From the NCBI GenBank assembly GCA_963720545.1, contig OY970399.1, positions 3,392,001-3,456,000 of the forward strand: DNA of 64,000 bases, given 5' to 3'. Each line of letters begins with the position of its first letter. Within the stretch, counting starts at the first letter, position 1. Under the pieces are notes generated by a model. The model was not told the origin of the DNA and ran no database searches. It saw only the letters and a list, made by a program, of their open reading frames with translations. The translations under genes and the position numbers were made by a program. Source of the stretch: an uncultured Acidobacteriota bacterium. Lineage in GTDB: Bacteria > Acidobacteriota > Vicinamibacteria > Fen-336. Of this stretch, positions 8,943 through 16,914 are shown piece after piece.

Positions 8943-9452
8943 CTAGGGAACCTCCGCGAGCCACTTGTCGAGCCGCAATGCAGTGATCTTCTCCTGTTCG
9001 CTCGCCGCTTTCCTGAGCTCGGCCGCGGGCGAGGCGCGCAGCCGCTCGCGCAGGTCCTCGAGCATGTCCGCGGCGCTCCGGCCGGTGGCACAGACGATGA
9101 AGATGTGGCCGAACTGCCGCTCGTACTCCAGGTTGCCGGCCATCAGCGCCACGAGCGTCTTTTCGTCAGCGCCAGCCGCGGCGTGCTGCTCGCCCTGCGA
9201 CCAGGTGGCGGCGAAGCGCTCGCGCATCGCCTCGAGGTCGCCGATGCGCGGATGTTGCGCGAACGCCTCGAGCCAGTCCTCGCGGTCGAGCGCGCGCCAT
9301 GCCGTGCGTGCCGCCTCGTGGAGCGCTGCCGCGCTTGCGAACGGCCGGCCCAGGAGCATGGCGTCAACCCAGCGGCTCGAGCCGCAGCAGCGGCTGAAGC
9401 CGGCCGCGGCATCGGCCTCAGGAAGGCCGTTAACGGCGGCGAGTCCGCCCAT
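8943..9452 (-). CDS. uraD: OHCU decarboxylase
   Basis: CCGSSRW, EAFAQHPRIG, SQGEQ, NLEYERQFGHIFIVCATG, EQEKITALRL. Confidence 0.93.
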   Translation of the reverse strand: MGGLAAVNGLPEADAAAGFSRCCGSSRWVDAMLLGRPFASAAALHEAARTAWRALDREDWLEAFAQHPRIGDLEAMRERFAATWSQGEQHAAAGADEKTLVALMAGNLEYERQFGHIFIVCATGRSAADMLEDLRERLRASPAAELRKAASEQEKITALRLDKWLAEVP

Positions 9453-10422
9453 GGATCCGCAACCTGCTGATGCCGCCGTCCGGGAAGATGCGCAGGCGCA
9501 CGTGGGTGAATGGCCCCGCGGCGCGCAGCATCGCCGCGCCGAAATAGTGCCGCGTGTTCGCCTTCAGCGGGCTGCGCTGCAGCACGTCCTGCCACGGCCC
9601 GCCGTCCACATCGGCGGCCACCGCGTCGGCTTCGCCCAGGTGCGCCGCCTGCAGCGACGCGCTCTCCGGGAAGTTGCCCTTGAAGTGGTTGGTGTCGATC
9701 TCGATGCGCTCCAGCACGCCGGCGTTGCCGAGTTTGACGATCACCCAGTCATAGCCCGGCCCGCGGCGCCGCCGCGTCTCCCACCCCTCGCCCATGTTGG
9801 GCGCGCGGCCCGGCAGGATCAGGTTCGACTTGAGGCCGAAGTGTTCGTCGCTCGCGAGCAGCACGCGGCCGCCGTGTTCCAGCGCCGCGAGGTCCACGAG
9901 CTTGCCCGCGAGCGCCGGCCAGTCGACGCTGACCTCGCCGTGGACCCGCAGGCGCGCGACGCCGCCGTCCGGAAAGATGTTGAGCCGCACGTGCGTCACC
10001 GGCGGGCGCAGCGGCACTTCCACGGGGTTCGACGCGCCGGGCGACAGCAGCCACGGATCGACGACCTGCACCCAGGCGGCGTGCGCCAGCTTGTCCTTGG
10101 TGGCCGTGCCCTTCAGGTCGCAGACGTCGATCGAGGCGCGCTCCGGCTGGTTGCCGATGAAGTAGTTGGTGTCCACGTCGATGCCGCGCAGCACGCCGCG
10201 CAGCCCCAGCTCGACGATGCACCAGTCGTGGCCCGGGGTGCGGCGCCGGCGCGTCTCCCAGCCGTCCATCCACTTGCCGCGCTGGGTGAACTTGTCGGCG
10301 ATGAAGACGCCGCGGCCGGGGCGCAGGAGGTTGTGGCGCGAGGCGAAGAACTCGTCGTTCGCCAGCAGGGCGCGCCCGCCGACGCGTGCGGCGGCGAGGT
10401 CCGGATAGTCAGCGAAGTCCAT
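9430..10422 (-). CDS. alc: Allantoicase
   Basis: Two repeats, each with (D/E)GWETRRRR and RLxIFPDGG(V/I)xRLR; ATG at 10422. Confidence 0.95.
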   Translation of the reverse strand: MDFADYPDLAAARVGGRALLANDEFFASRHNLLRPGRGVFIADKFTQRGKWMDGWETRRRRTPGHDWCIVELGLRGVLRGIDVDTNYFIGNQPERASIDVCDLKGTATKDKLAHAAWVQVVDPWLLSPGASNPVEVPLRPPVTHVRLNIFPDGGVARLRVHGEVSVDWPALAGKLVDLAALEHGGRVLLASDEHFGLKSNLILPGRAPNMGEGWETRRRRGPGYDWVIVKLGNAGVLERIEIDTNHFKGNFPESASLQAAHLGEADAVAADVDGGPWQDVLQRSPLKANTRHYFGAAMLRAAGPFTHVRLRIFPDGGISRLRIHGRTRRR

Positions 10423-11770
10423 GTCGTCGTCGCTCCAGCAGCTCACCGCGGGGCGCGACATCTGCGAGGACGCCCTCGCCGAACACGCGCGTGCCCCGCA
10501 CGAACGTCGCCACCACGCGGCCGCGCAAGGTGCGTCCAAGGTAGGGGGTCAGCGCGTGGCGGTGGCGAATCATATCCTGCGCCACGACCACGCTTCCATC
10601 GGGGTCGAAGGCCACCACGTCGGCGTCGAGGCCTGCCGCCAGCCGGCCCTTGCGGTGGTCGAGCCCGGCGAGCCGCGCCGGAGCCGCGGCCATCAGGCGG
10701 CTGAGGTCGGGAAATCCAAGGCCGCGGGCCTCGGCCCCGGTCCAGGTCGCGCTGAGCGCGAACTGCAGCGAGGCGATGCCGCCCCACGCCTGCATGAAGT
10801 CCCCGGCCTCGCGTGCCTTCAGCGCCGGCACGCACGGCGAATGGTCCGAGACGACCATGTCGATGGTGCCGTCGGCGAGCGCCGCCCACAGCCGTTCGCG
10901 GTTCGCGCGCTCGCGGATCGGTGGCGCGCACTTGAACTCGGTGGCGCCGTCTGCGATGCCTTCCGCGTCGAAGGTGAGGTAGTGCGGACAGGTCTCGACG
11001 CTGATCGGCACCGAGCGCGCACGCGCCGCCCGGAGCGGAGCGAGCGCTTCGTCCGACGAGAGGTGCACCACGTGCACCGGCGCGCGCAATTCCTCGGCGA
11101 GACCGATGAGCCTGGCGATCGCCGCGTTTTCCCAGGCCTTGGGGCGGCTCGCGAGAAAGGTCGAGTAGGCCGCGGGGCCCGAGGTTGCGGCATGCGGCGC
11201 ACCCAGGTCTTCCTCGGCGTGGGCGAGCAGGGGAATGCCGCGCGGGCCCAGCACAGCGAGCGCCTGCCGCAGGTCGGCTTCGGCGCTGCACGGGAAGTCG
11301 TCGATCCCCGAGTGCACGAGGAACGCCTTGAAGCCGCACGCGCCGGCATCGATCATCGCCGCGAGTTCAGAGGCGTTGCCGGGAACGATGCCGCCCCAGA
11401 AGGCCGTGTCCACATGGCAGCGGCCGGCCGCCGCGGCGCGCTTCTCGGCGAGCGCGGCGAGGGTGGTGGTCACCGGGATGCTGTTGAGCGGCATGTCCAC
11501 GATGGTGGTGATGCCGCCGGCGGCAGCCGCCGCGGTCGCGGTGGCGAAGCCTTCCCATTCGCTGCGGCCCGGCTCGTTGACGTGCACGTGCGAGTCCACG
11601 ATCCCCGGCATCAGCACCAGCGGATCGAAGTCCTCGACCGCGTAGCCCGCGGGGACCTCGTGAGGCGCCGTCACGGCGTCGATACGGCCGTCGCGGATCA
11701 GGATGGCGCCGGGGTTGCAGCCGGCGCCCGTCAGGACGCGGCCGCTGCGCAGGGCCGTGCCCGCCACCAT
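10409..11770 (-). CDS. allB: Allantoinase
   Basis: DSHVHVNEPGRSEWEGF, DMPLNSIP, ETCPHYL, FKCAPPIR, SDHSP, AWGGI; ATG at 11770 overlaps upstream TGA. Confidence 0.95.
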   Translation of the reverse strand: MVAGTALRSGRVLTGAGCNPGAILIRDGRIDAVTAPHEVPAGYAVEDFDPLVLMPGIVDSHVHVNEPGRSEWEGFATATAAAAAGGITTIVDMPLNSIPVTTTLAALAEKRAAAAGRCHVDTAFWGGIVPGNASELAAMIDAGACGFKAFLVHSGIDDFPCSAEADLRQALAVLGPRGIPLLAHAEEDLGAPHAATSGPAAYSTFLASRPKAWENAAIARLIGLAEELRAPVHVVHLSSDEALAPLRAARARSVPISVETCPHYLTFDAEGIADGATEFKCAPPIRERANRERLWAALADGTIDMVVSDHSPCVPALKAREAGDFMQAWGGIASLQFALSATWTGAEARGLGFPDLSRLMAAAPARLAGLDHRKGRLAAGLDADVVAFDPDGSVVVAQDMIRHRHALTPYLGRTLRGRVVATFVRGTRVFGEGVLADVAPRGELLERRRHGLR

Positions 11771-12255
11771 CAGTACGTCTGCTTGCCGGGCAGCGCCTGC
11801 CAGTCGCTGAGCAGCTTGCGGCAGGCGCCGCGGGCGACGCCCTTCACGATCTTCACCTTGCTGCGTCCGAGCCGCTTCAGCGTGGTGTTGGAAATCGTCA
11901 GCTCGTTGAAGCCGAGGCGCTTGACGTCGGGCACCGAGGTGCCGAAGTAGATCCTGTCCACCTGGGCCCAATGGATCGCGGCGAAGCACATCGGGCAGGG
12001 CTCGGTGGTCGAGTACAGCTCGCAGCCGGCGAGCAGGTGCGTGCCCAACGCCTTCGTGGCAATGCCGATGGCTTCGATCTCGGCGTGCCTCGTGGGGTTG
12101 CCGGTGCGCAGCACGCGGTTGTGCGCCACCGCGACGATGCGGTTGCCCTTGACGATGACAGCGCCGAACGGGCCGCCGTCGCCGCGCTTGATGCCGGCCA
12201 GGGCGTTGTCGACGGCGAGCTGCATCAACCGGTTCCTGGTGAGGGTGTCGGGCAC
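11770..12255 (-). CDS. guaD: Guanine deaminase, CDA/TadA-type nucleoside deaminase
   Basis: GGPFGAVIV, HAE, EPCPMC zinc motif, AIHWA; heads the purine operon; GTG start with TACAAT 5 nt upstream. Confidence 0.8.
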   Translation of the reverse strand: MPDTLTRNRLMQLAVDNALAGIKRGDGGPFGAVIVKGNRIVAVAHNRVLRTGNPTRHAEIEAIGIATKALGTHLLAGCELYSTTEPCPMCFAAIHWAQVDRIYFGTSVPDVKRLGFNELTISNTTLKRLGRSKVKIVKGVARGACRKLLSDWQALPGKQTY

Positions 12256-12278
12256 GAGCCATTGTACGCTTCGTCGCG
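12256..12278. promoter_or_regulatory. Overlapping divergent -10 elements for guaD and the GNAT gene
   Basis: TACAAT on minus strand (12266-12261) and TACGCT on plus strand (12265-12270). Confidence 0.6.
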
Positions 12279-12749
12279 ATGGCCCCTCCCGCGATTCGCG
12301 ACGCGACCGCCGCCGACCAGGAGTTCGTGATCGCGACCGCGGCGCGCCTCGCCGAATTCGGCCCGCCCGAATCGCGCCCGGCAACCGAACTGGTGGCGGG
12401 CGAAGTGCGGACGCTGCGCCAGTGGTTCAAGGCGCCACCTGCGGGCACGCGCGTCATCGTCGCGGAGTCGGCCCAGGGCGAGCGCCTCGGCTTCGCCTAT
12501 CTCGAGCCCGTGGTCGAATACTTCCTCCGCGAGGAACACGGCCACCTTGGCATGATCGCGACCGCCGCCGGCGCCGAAGGCCGGGGCGTCGGCTCGGCGC
12601 TGCTCCGGGCCGCCGAAGACTGGTGCCGCGCGCAGGGCTATCGCCGGCTCACCCTCAACGTGTTCGCGAACAACAGCGCCGCGCGCGCCGTCTACGACCG
12701 CAAGGGCTACGTGCCGGAGACGATCCACTACGTCAAGCTGCTCCGCTAG
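12279..12749 (+). CDS. GNAT family N-acetyltransferase
   Basis: AEGRGVGSALL acetyl-CoA motif, LNVFANNSAARAVYDRKGY. Confidence 0.9.
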   Translation: MAPPAIRDATAADQEFVIATAARLAEFGPPESRPATELVAGEVRTLRQWFKAPPAGTRVIVAESAQGERLGFAYLEPVVEYFLREEHGHLGMIATAAGAEGRGVGSALLRAAEDWCRAQGYRRLTLNVFANNSAARAVYDRKGYVPETIHYVKLLR

Positions 12750-12751
12750 TC

Positions 12752-13023
12752 GTCATCGGCGGATGGGCCGCCTCGCCGACCATCCGCCGATTTCCGTTCG
12801 TCCATTCTTTCGTTCCCAGGCGCTTGCGTCCGGGTCCGTTCCGGTGGCCGTTTCCTGACGGTCACTTGCGGCGCGCAGGACCACTCGCCGGCCGCTATCG
12901 AGCTACGGCGCTCAGACACAGTAGCAGAGATCCGGACGGTACGGCCGATGACGCAAGCGCCTGGGGAACGGACTAACGGAAATCGACGGATTGGACGCGA
13001 ACGATCGCCAATCCGTCGATGAC
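12752..13023. repeat. ~270-bp intergenic fold-back element with imperfect ~80-bp terminal inverted repeats, each carrying a hairpin (MITE/REPIN-like or structured RNA)
   Basis: CCCAGGCGCTTGCGTC 12815-12830 pairs with 12950-12965; TTTCCGTT 12791-12798 pairs with 12975-12982; hairpins at 12755-12791 and 12982-13020. Confidence 0.8.
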
Positions 13024-13037
13024 TGGCGGTGTAGAAC

Positions 13038-13409
13038 ATGGACATGAACCTCGCGCAACACGTCCTGCTGAAGAGCTTCGAGAGCCCCGACGAGGTACGC
13101 CGCTTCGAAAGAGGCCGGTTCGAGACGGTGCGGATCGGCGCGCTCACGATCGGCCGCGCCACCTACGAGCCCGGCTGGAAATGGTCCACGCACGTCGGCG
13201 CCCTCACCGGCCAGACTGCCTGCACCGTCGAGCACGTCGGCCTGGTGGTGAGCGGCGCCGCGGTCGCGGCGTTCGCCGATGGCTCGGTCGCGGAGCTGCG
13301 GCCCGGCGTGGTCTTCCACATCCCCGCGCATCCCCACGACAGCTGGGTGATCGGCGACGCACCCTACGTGTCCCTGCACTTCGTGGGCGCCGACCACTAC
13401 GCCAAGTAG
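13038..13409 (+). CDS. Cupin domain protein
   Basis: YEPGWKWSTHV, CTVEHVG, PHDSWVIGD. Confidence 0.85.
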   Translation: MDMNLAQHVLLKSFESPDEVRRFERGRFETVRIGALTIGRATYEPGWKWSTHVGALTGQTACTVEHVGLVVSGAAVAAFADGSVAELRPGVVFHIPAHPHDSWVIGDAPYVSLHFVGADHYAK

Positions 13410-13457
13410 ACTTCGCCGCGAATCGCGAATGAGGCGACGACGCGAAAGCGAGGCAGC

Positions 13458-14978
13458 GTGATGCGAAGTGTGGCGTGGTGCGCAGGATTCCTGCTGGTGG
13501 CGGGGGCCGCTTCGGCAGCCGACGGCGACATCCGCAGGAAGGTGGACGGCTACGTCGCCGCGCACCAGGGCGAGGTCGTCGCCGAGCTGGTGCAGGCGCT
13601 TTCGATTCCCGACGTCGCTTCAGACACCGCCAACATCCGCAGGAAGGCGGAGCTTTTGGCCGGGATGTTCCGCAAGCGCGGCTTCGCGGCCTCGCTCCTC
13701 GAGACGAGCGGCAACCCGCTGGTCTACGCCGAACTGAAGAATCCGCGCGCCGAGCGCACGCTGCTCCTCTACGCGCATTACGACGGCCAGCCGTTCGACC
13801 AGAAGTTGTGGAAGCAGGAGAGTCCCTTCAAGCCGATCCTGCGCGACGGCCGCATGGAAGACGGTGCCAAGACCCTCGCCGACTTTCGCGACTACCGCAC
13901 GTTCGCGCCCGACTGGCGCGTCTACGCCCGCTCGGCGTCCGACGACACCTCGCCGATCGTCGCGGTGCTGGCAGCGGTGGACGCGCTGCAGGCGACCGGA
14001 CTGGCGCCGGCGTCGAACCTGAAGGTGATCCTCGACGGCGAGGAGGAGGCCGGCTCGGCGAGCCTGCCGGCGGCGATCGCGAAGCACCAGGACCTGCTGA
14101 AGGCAGACCTGCTGCTGATCCTCGACGGCCCGGTGCACCCGTCGGAAAAGCCGACGCTCGTCTATGGCGCGCGCGGCATCCTCACCGTCGAGCTCACCGT
14201 CTACGGCCCGAAGTTCGCGCTGCACAGCGGCCACTACGGCAACTGGGTGCCGAACCCGGCGCTGCGCCTCGCGCAGCTGCTCGCGTCGATGAAGGATGCG
14301 GACGGCCGCACCACGGTCGCCGGCTACTACGACGGCATTTCGTTCACCGCCGAAGATCGCGCCGCGATGGCCGCGGTGCCGGACGACGCCGCGGCGCTGC
14401 GCGCGAAGTTCGGAATCGGCTCGGTGGACAAGGTGGGCGAGAGCCTGCAGGAGGCGCTGCAGTATCCGTCGCTCAACGTGCGCGGCCTGCGCAGCGCCTA
14501 TGTCGGAGAAGAGGCGCGCACGGTGGTTCCCGACCAGGCGATTGCCGCGATCGACATGCGGCTGGTGAAGGAAACCACAGCCGACGCCATCTTCGCGAAG
14601 TTCACCGCGCACGTCCGGGCGCAGGGATGGCATGTCGTCAGCGCCGACCCCGACGACGCGGAACGCGCGCGCCATCCGCGCATCGTCAGGATCGTGCGTG
14701 TCGAAGGCGGCAGCGAGGCGTATCGCACCAGCCTCGACGACCCGCAGGCGCAGCGGCTGTTCCAGGCCTTGAGCCGCGAGATGGGCGAGCCGCCGGTGCG
14801 CCTGCGCACCTCGGGCGGCACCGTGCCGATCGAACCGTTCGTGCGCATCCTCGGCGTGCCTGCGGTCTCGGTGCCGATCGTGAACTACGACAACAACCAG
14901 CACAGCGAGAACGAGAACCTGCGCCTCGGCCACTTCTTCCGCGGCATCGCGATCGTCGCGATCGCGCTGGCGATCTGA
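13458..14978 (+). CDS. Secreted M20/M25/M40 family metallopeptidase
   Basis: Signal peptide; YAHYDGQP, ARSASDD, GEEEAGS, LHSGHYG, NQHSENEN. Confidence 0.9.
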   Translation: MMRSVAWCAGFLLVAGAASAADGDIRRKVDGYVAAHQGEVVAELVQALSIPDVASDTANIRRKAELLAGMFRKRGFAASLLETSGNPLVYAELKNPRAERTLLLYAHYDGQPFDQKLWKQESPFKPILRDGRMEDGAKTLADFRDYRTFAPDWRVYARSASDDTSPIVAVLAAVDALQATGLAPASNLKVILDGEEEAGSASLPAAIAKHQDLLKADLLLILDGPVHPSEKPTLVYGARGILTVELTVYGPKFALHSGHYGNWVPNPALRLAQLLASMKDADGRTTVAGYYDGISFTAEDRAAMAAVPDDAAALRAKFGIGSVDKVGESLQEALQYPSLNVRGLRSAYVGEEARTVVPDQAIAAIDMRLVKETTADAIFAKFTAHVRAQGWHVVSADPDDAERARHPRIVRIVRVEGGSEAYRTSLDDPQAQRLFQALSREMGEPPVRLRTSGGTVPIEPFVRILGVPAVSVPIVNYDNNQHSENENLRLGHFFRGIAIVAIALAI

Positions 14979-16880
14979 TCAGCCAGCCGGCTCGCCGTCG
15001 GGCACCAGCCACAGCACCTCATAAGCGGCGAGCCGCAGCGCCAGCTGGCCGCCGCGCGCCGCGAACACCCGGCCCGAGACGAGGTCGCGCCATTCGGAGC
15101 GCAGCGCTCCCAGCTGCGCGCGCGACAACGCCGCCGGCTGTTCCTCGGCCGTGACGTTGACGAGCGCCACCACCAGGCTCGCGCCGTCGGCGCTGCCGCG
15201 GCGCAGCGCGAAGATCGCGTCGCTGAGCGTGAGGATCTCCTGCGCGGCGTTCGGGTGGAACGCCGGCACCGCGATGCGGCGGCGCACCAGGCGGCGGAAG
15301 CGCGTCGCCACTTCGTGCACCCAGCTGCTGCTGTCGCCGAGCGCCGTGAACAGCGCCTGCTCGTCGATGGTCTTGCGGTTGATGCTGCGCGCCTCGCGGC
15401 CCTCGAGCACCGCGCCGGTGTCGTTCTTCGCGCCGAAGGCGCTCGGGAAATACACGCCGGGCACGCCGCGCAGCGCCAGCGCAATGGCGCGCGAGGCGAT
15501 GAAGCGGTCCACCTGCGTGTCCTGCGATTCTTCGGCGCCCTCGCGGTTGAGCGCGCTGTACCAGGTGACGTTCAGCTCGTAGGGGCTCTGCGAGCCGTCG
15601 CCCATCGTGCGATACGAGACCAGGCCGCCGTGCGCCTGCACGCGCTCGACCAGCGCCGCGATTTCCGCGGGCGTCAGGATGCCCTGCGCGCCGAGCAGCC
15701 CGATGCCGTCGTGCGAGTCGAGGAAGTTGAAGTAGGTGGCGGTGTCCGACACCTTCTGCAGGTTCGCGGCCCACTGCCGCAGCCGCGCGCAGTCGCCGGC
15801 GTGGAACGTGTGCAGCACCAGGGGCGGCAGCGCGAAGTTGTAGACCATCTGCGCCTCGCCGCTGCCGTCGCCGAAATAACTGACGTTGTCGGCGTGCGGC
15901 ACGTTGGTCTCGGTGACCAGCGCCACCTGCGGCGCCACCACGTCGAGCACCGTGCGGAACAGCTGCACCAGGGCGTGGGTCTCCTTGAGGTGCGCGCAGC
16001 GCGTGCCGAGCTCGCGCCAGATGTAGGTGACGGCGTCGAGGCGCACGATGTCGGCGCCGCGGCGCACGTAGTAGAGGAGGATCTCCATCACGCGCAGCAG
16101 CACGCGCTCGTTGCGGAAGTTGAGGTCCACCTGGTCGGGGCTGAAGGTGGTCCAGACGAACTTCGCGCCGTTGATGGAGCGGAACGGCGACAGCAGGTCG
16201 GTGGTGCGCGGCCGCATGATGAGCCGCAGGTGGTCGCGGTCGATGGCGTCGCGGGTGTTGAAGGCGACGAAGAAGTCCTCGTAGCCGGGCGCGCCGTTGA
16301 GGAACGCCTGGAACCACTGGCTCTTGGCCGAGGCGTGGTTGAAGACGCCGTCGAACATCAGCCGGTAGCGCAGGCCGAGGTCCTCGATCTGCGCCCAGCT
16401 GCCGAGGCGCGGGTCCACTTCCTCATAGTCGGTGATGGAGAAGCCGCGGTCGGACGAGTAGGGGAAGAACGGCAGGATGTGCACGATGTTGATGGCGCCG
16501 CGCATGAAGGTGTCGAGGAACGCCGCGAGCGCCTGCAGGGGCAGGCGTCCCGGCGAGGTGAGCAGGTCGCCGTAGGTGATGAGGATGACGTCCTTCTCGG
16601 TGAAGCGCTCGCGCGGGTCGAAGGTGGCGGCCTCGGCCACCATCTCTTCCGTGCGGTGCGCGTGATAGACGCGCATCAGCCGTTCCAGCTCCGGATAGCA
16701 TGCGTTGGCGCGCGCCGCGCCGTAGATCGCGGTGAGACGGCTGCAGATGCGCTCCTTGTGCTCGGCGGAGACGGTGAGGAGCGGCCGCGAATAGTCGGGT
16801 TCGGGCAGGTGCACGCGCTGGTAGCGCTGCGAAAGGAGCTGGTCGCCCGGCGTCGTCGTCATTCGGCGAGATGCCGCCAC
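14979..16880 (-). CDS. GH13_18 sugar phosphorylase, probably glucosylglycerate phosphorylase
   Basis: LITYGD, HILPFFPYSSDRGF, WTTFSPDQVDLN, RLDAV, TETNVPH, SHDGIG, YELN. Confidence 0.85.
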   Translation of the reverse strand: MAASRRMTTTPGDQLLSQRYQRVHLPEPDYSRPLLTVSAEHKERICSRLTAIYGAARANACYPELERLMRVYHAHRTEEMVAEAATFDPRERFTEKDVILITYGDLLTSPGRLPLQALAAFLDTFMRGAINIVHILPFFPYSSDRGFSITDYEEVDPRLGSWAQIEDLGLRYRLMFDGVFNHASAKSQWFQAFLNGAPGYEDFFVAFNTRDAIDRDHLRLIMRPRTTDLLSPFRSINGAKFVWTTFSPDQVDLNFRNERVLLRVMEILLYYVRRGADIVRLDAVTYIWRELGTRCAHLKETHALVQLFRTVLDVVAPQVALVTETNVPHADNVSYFGDGSGEAQMVYNFALPPLVLHTFHAGDCARLRQWAANLQKVSDTATYFNFLDSHDGIGLLGAQGILTPAEIAALVERVQAHGGLVSYRTMGDGSQSPYELNVTWYSALNREGAEESQDTQVDRFIASRAIALALRGVPGVYFPSAFGAKNDTGAVLEGREARSINRKTIDEQALFTALGDSSSWVHEVATRFRRLVRRRIAVPAFHPNAAQEILTLSDAIFALRRGSADGASLVVALVNVTAEEQPAALSRAQLGALRSEWRDLVSGRVFAARGGQLALRLAAYEVLWLVPDGEPAG

Positions 16881-16914
16881 GGAATCAGCGTATCAAACGC
16901 GCGCCCGCAGGCGC

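Noticed and set aside
5523..12984. Shared 10-mer AACGGAAATC and equal 13-nt hairpin loops between the xdh tail and the 12.8-kb element
   Set aside because: The match is short enough to arise by chance and the stem sequences do not align convincingly
12746..13162. 138-aa minus-strand ORF across the fold-back element
   Set aside because: Overlaps the cupin gene antisense, has atypical composition and no transposase motifs
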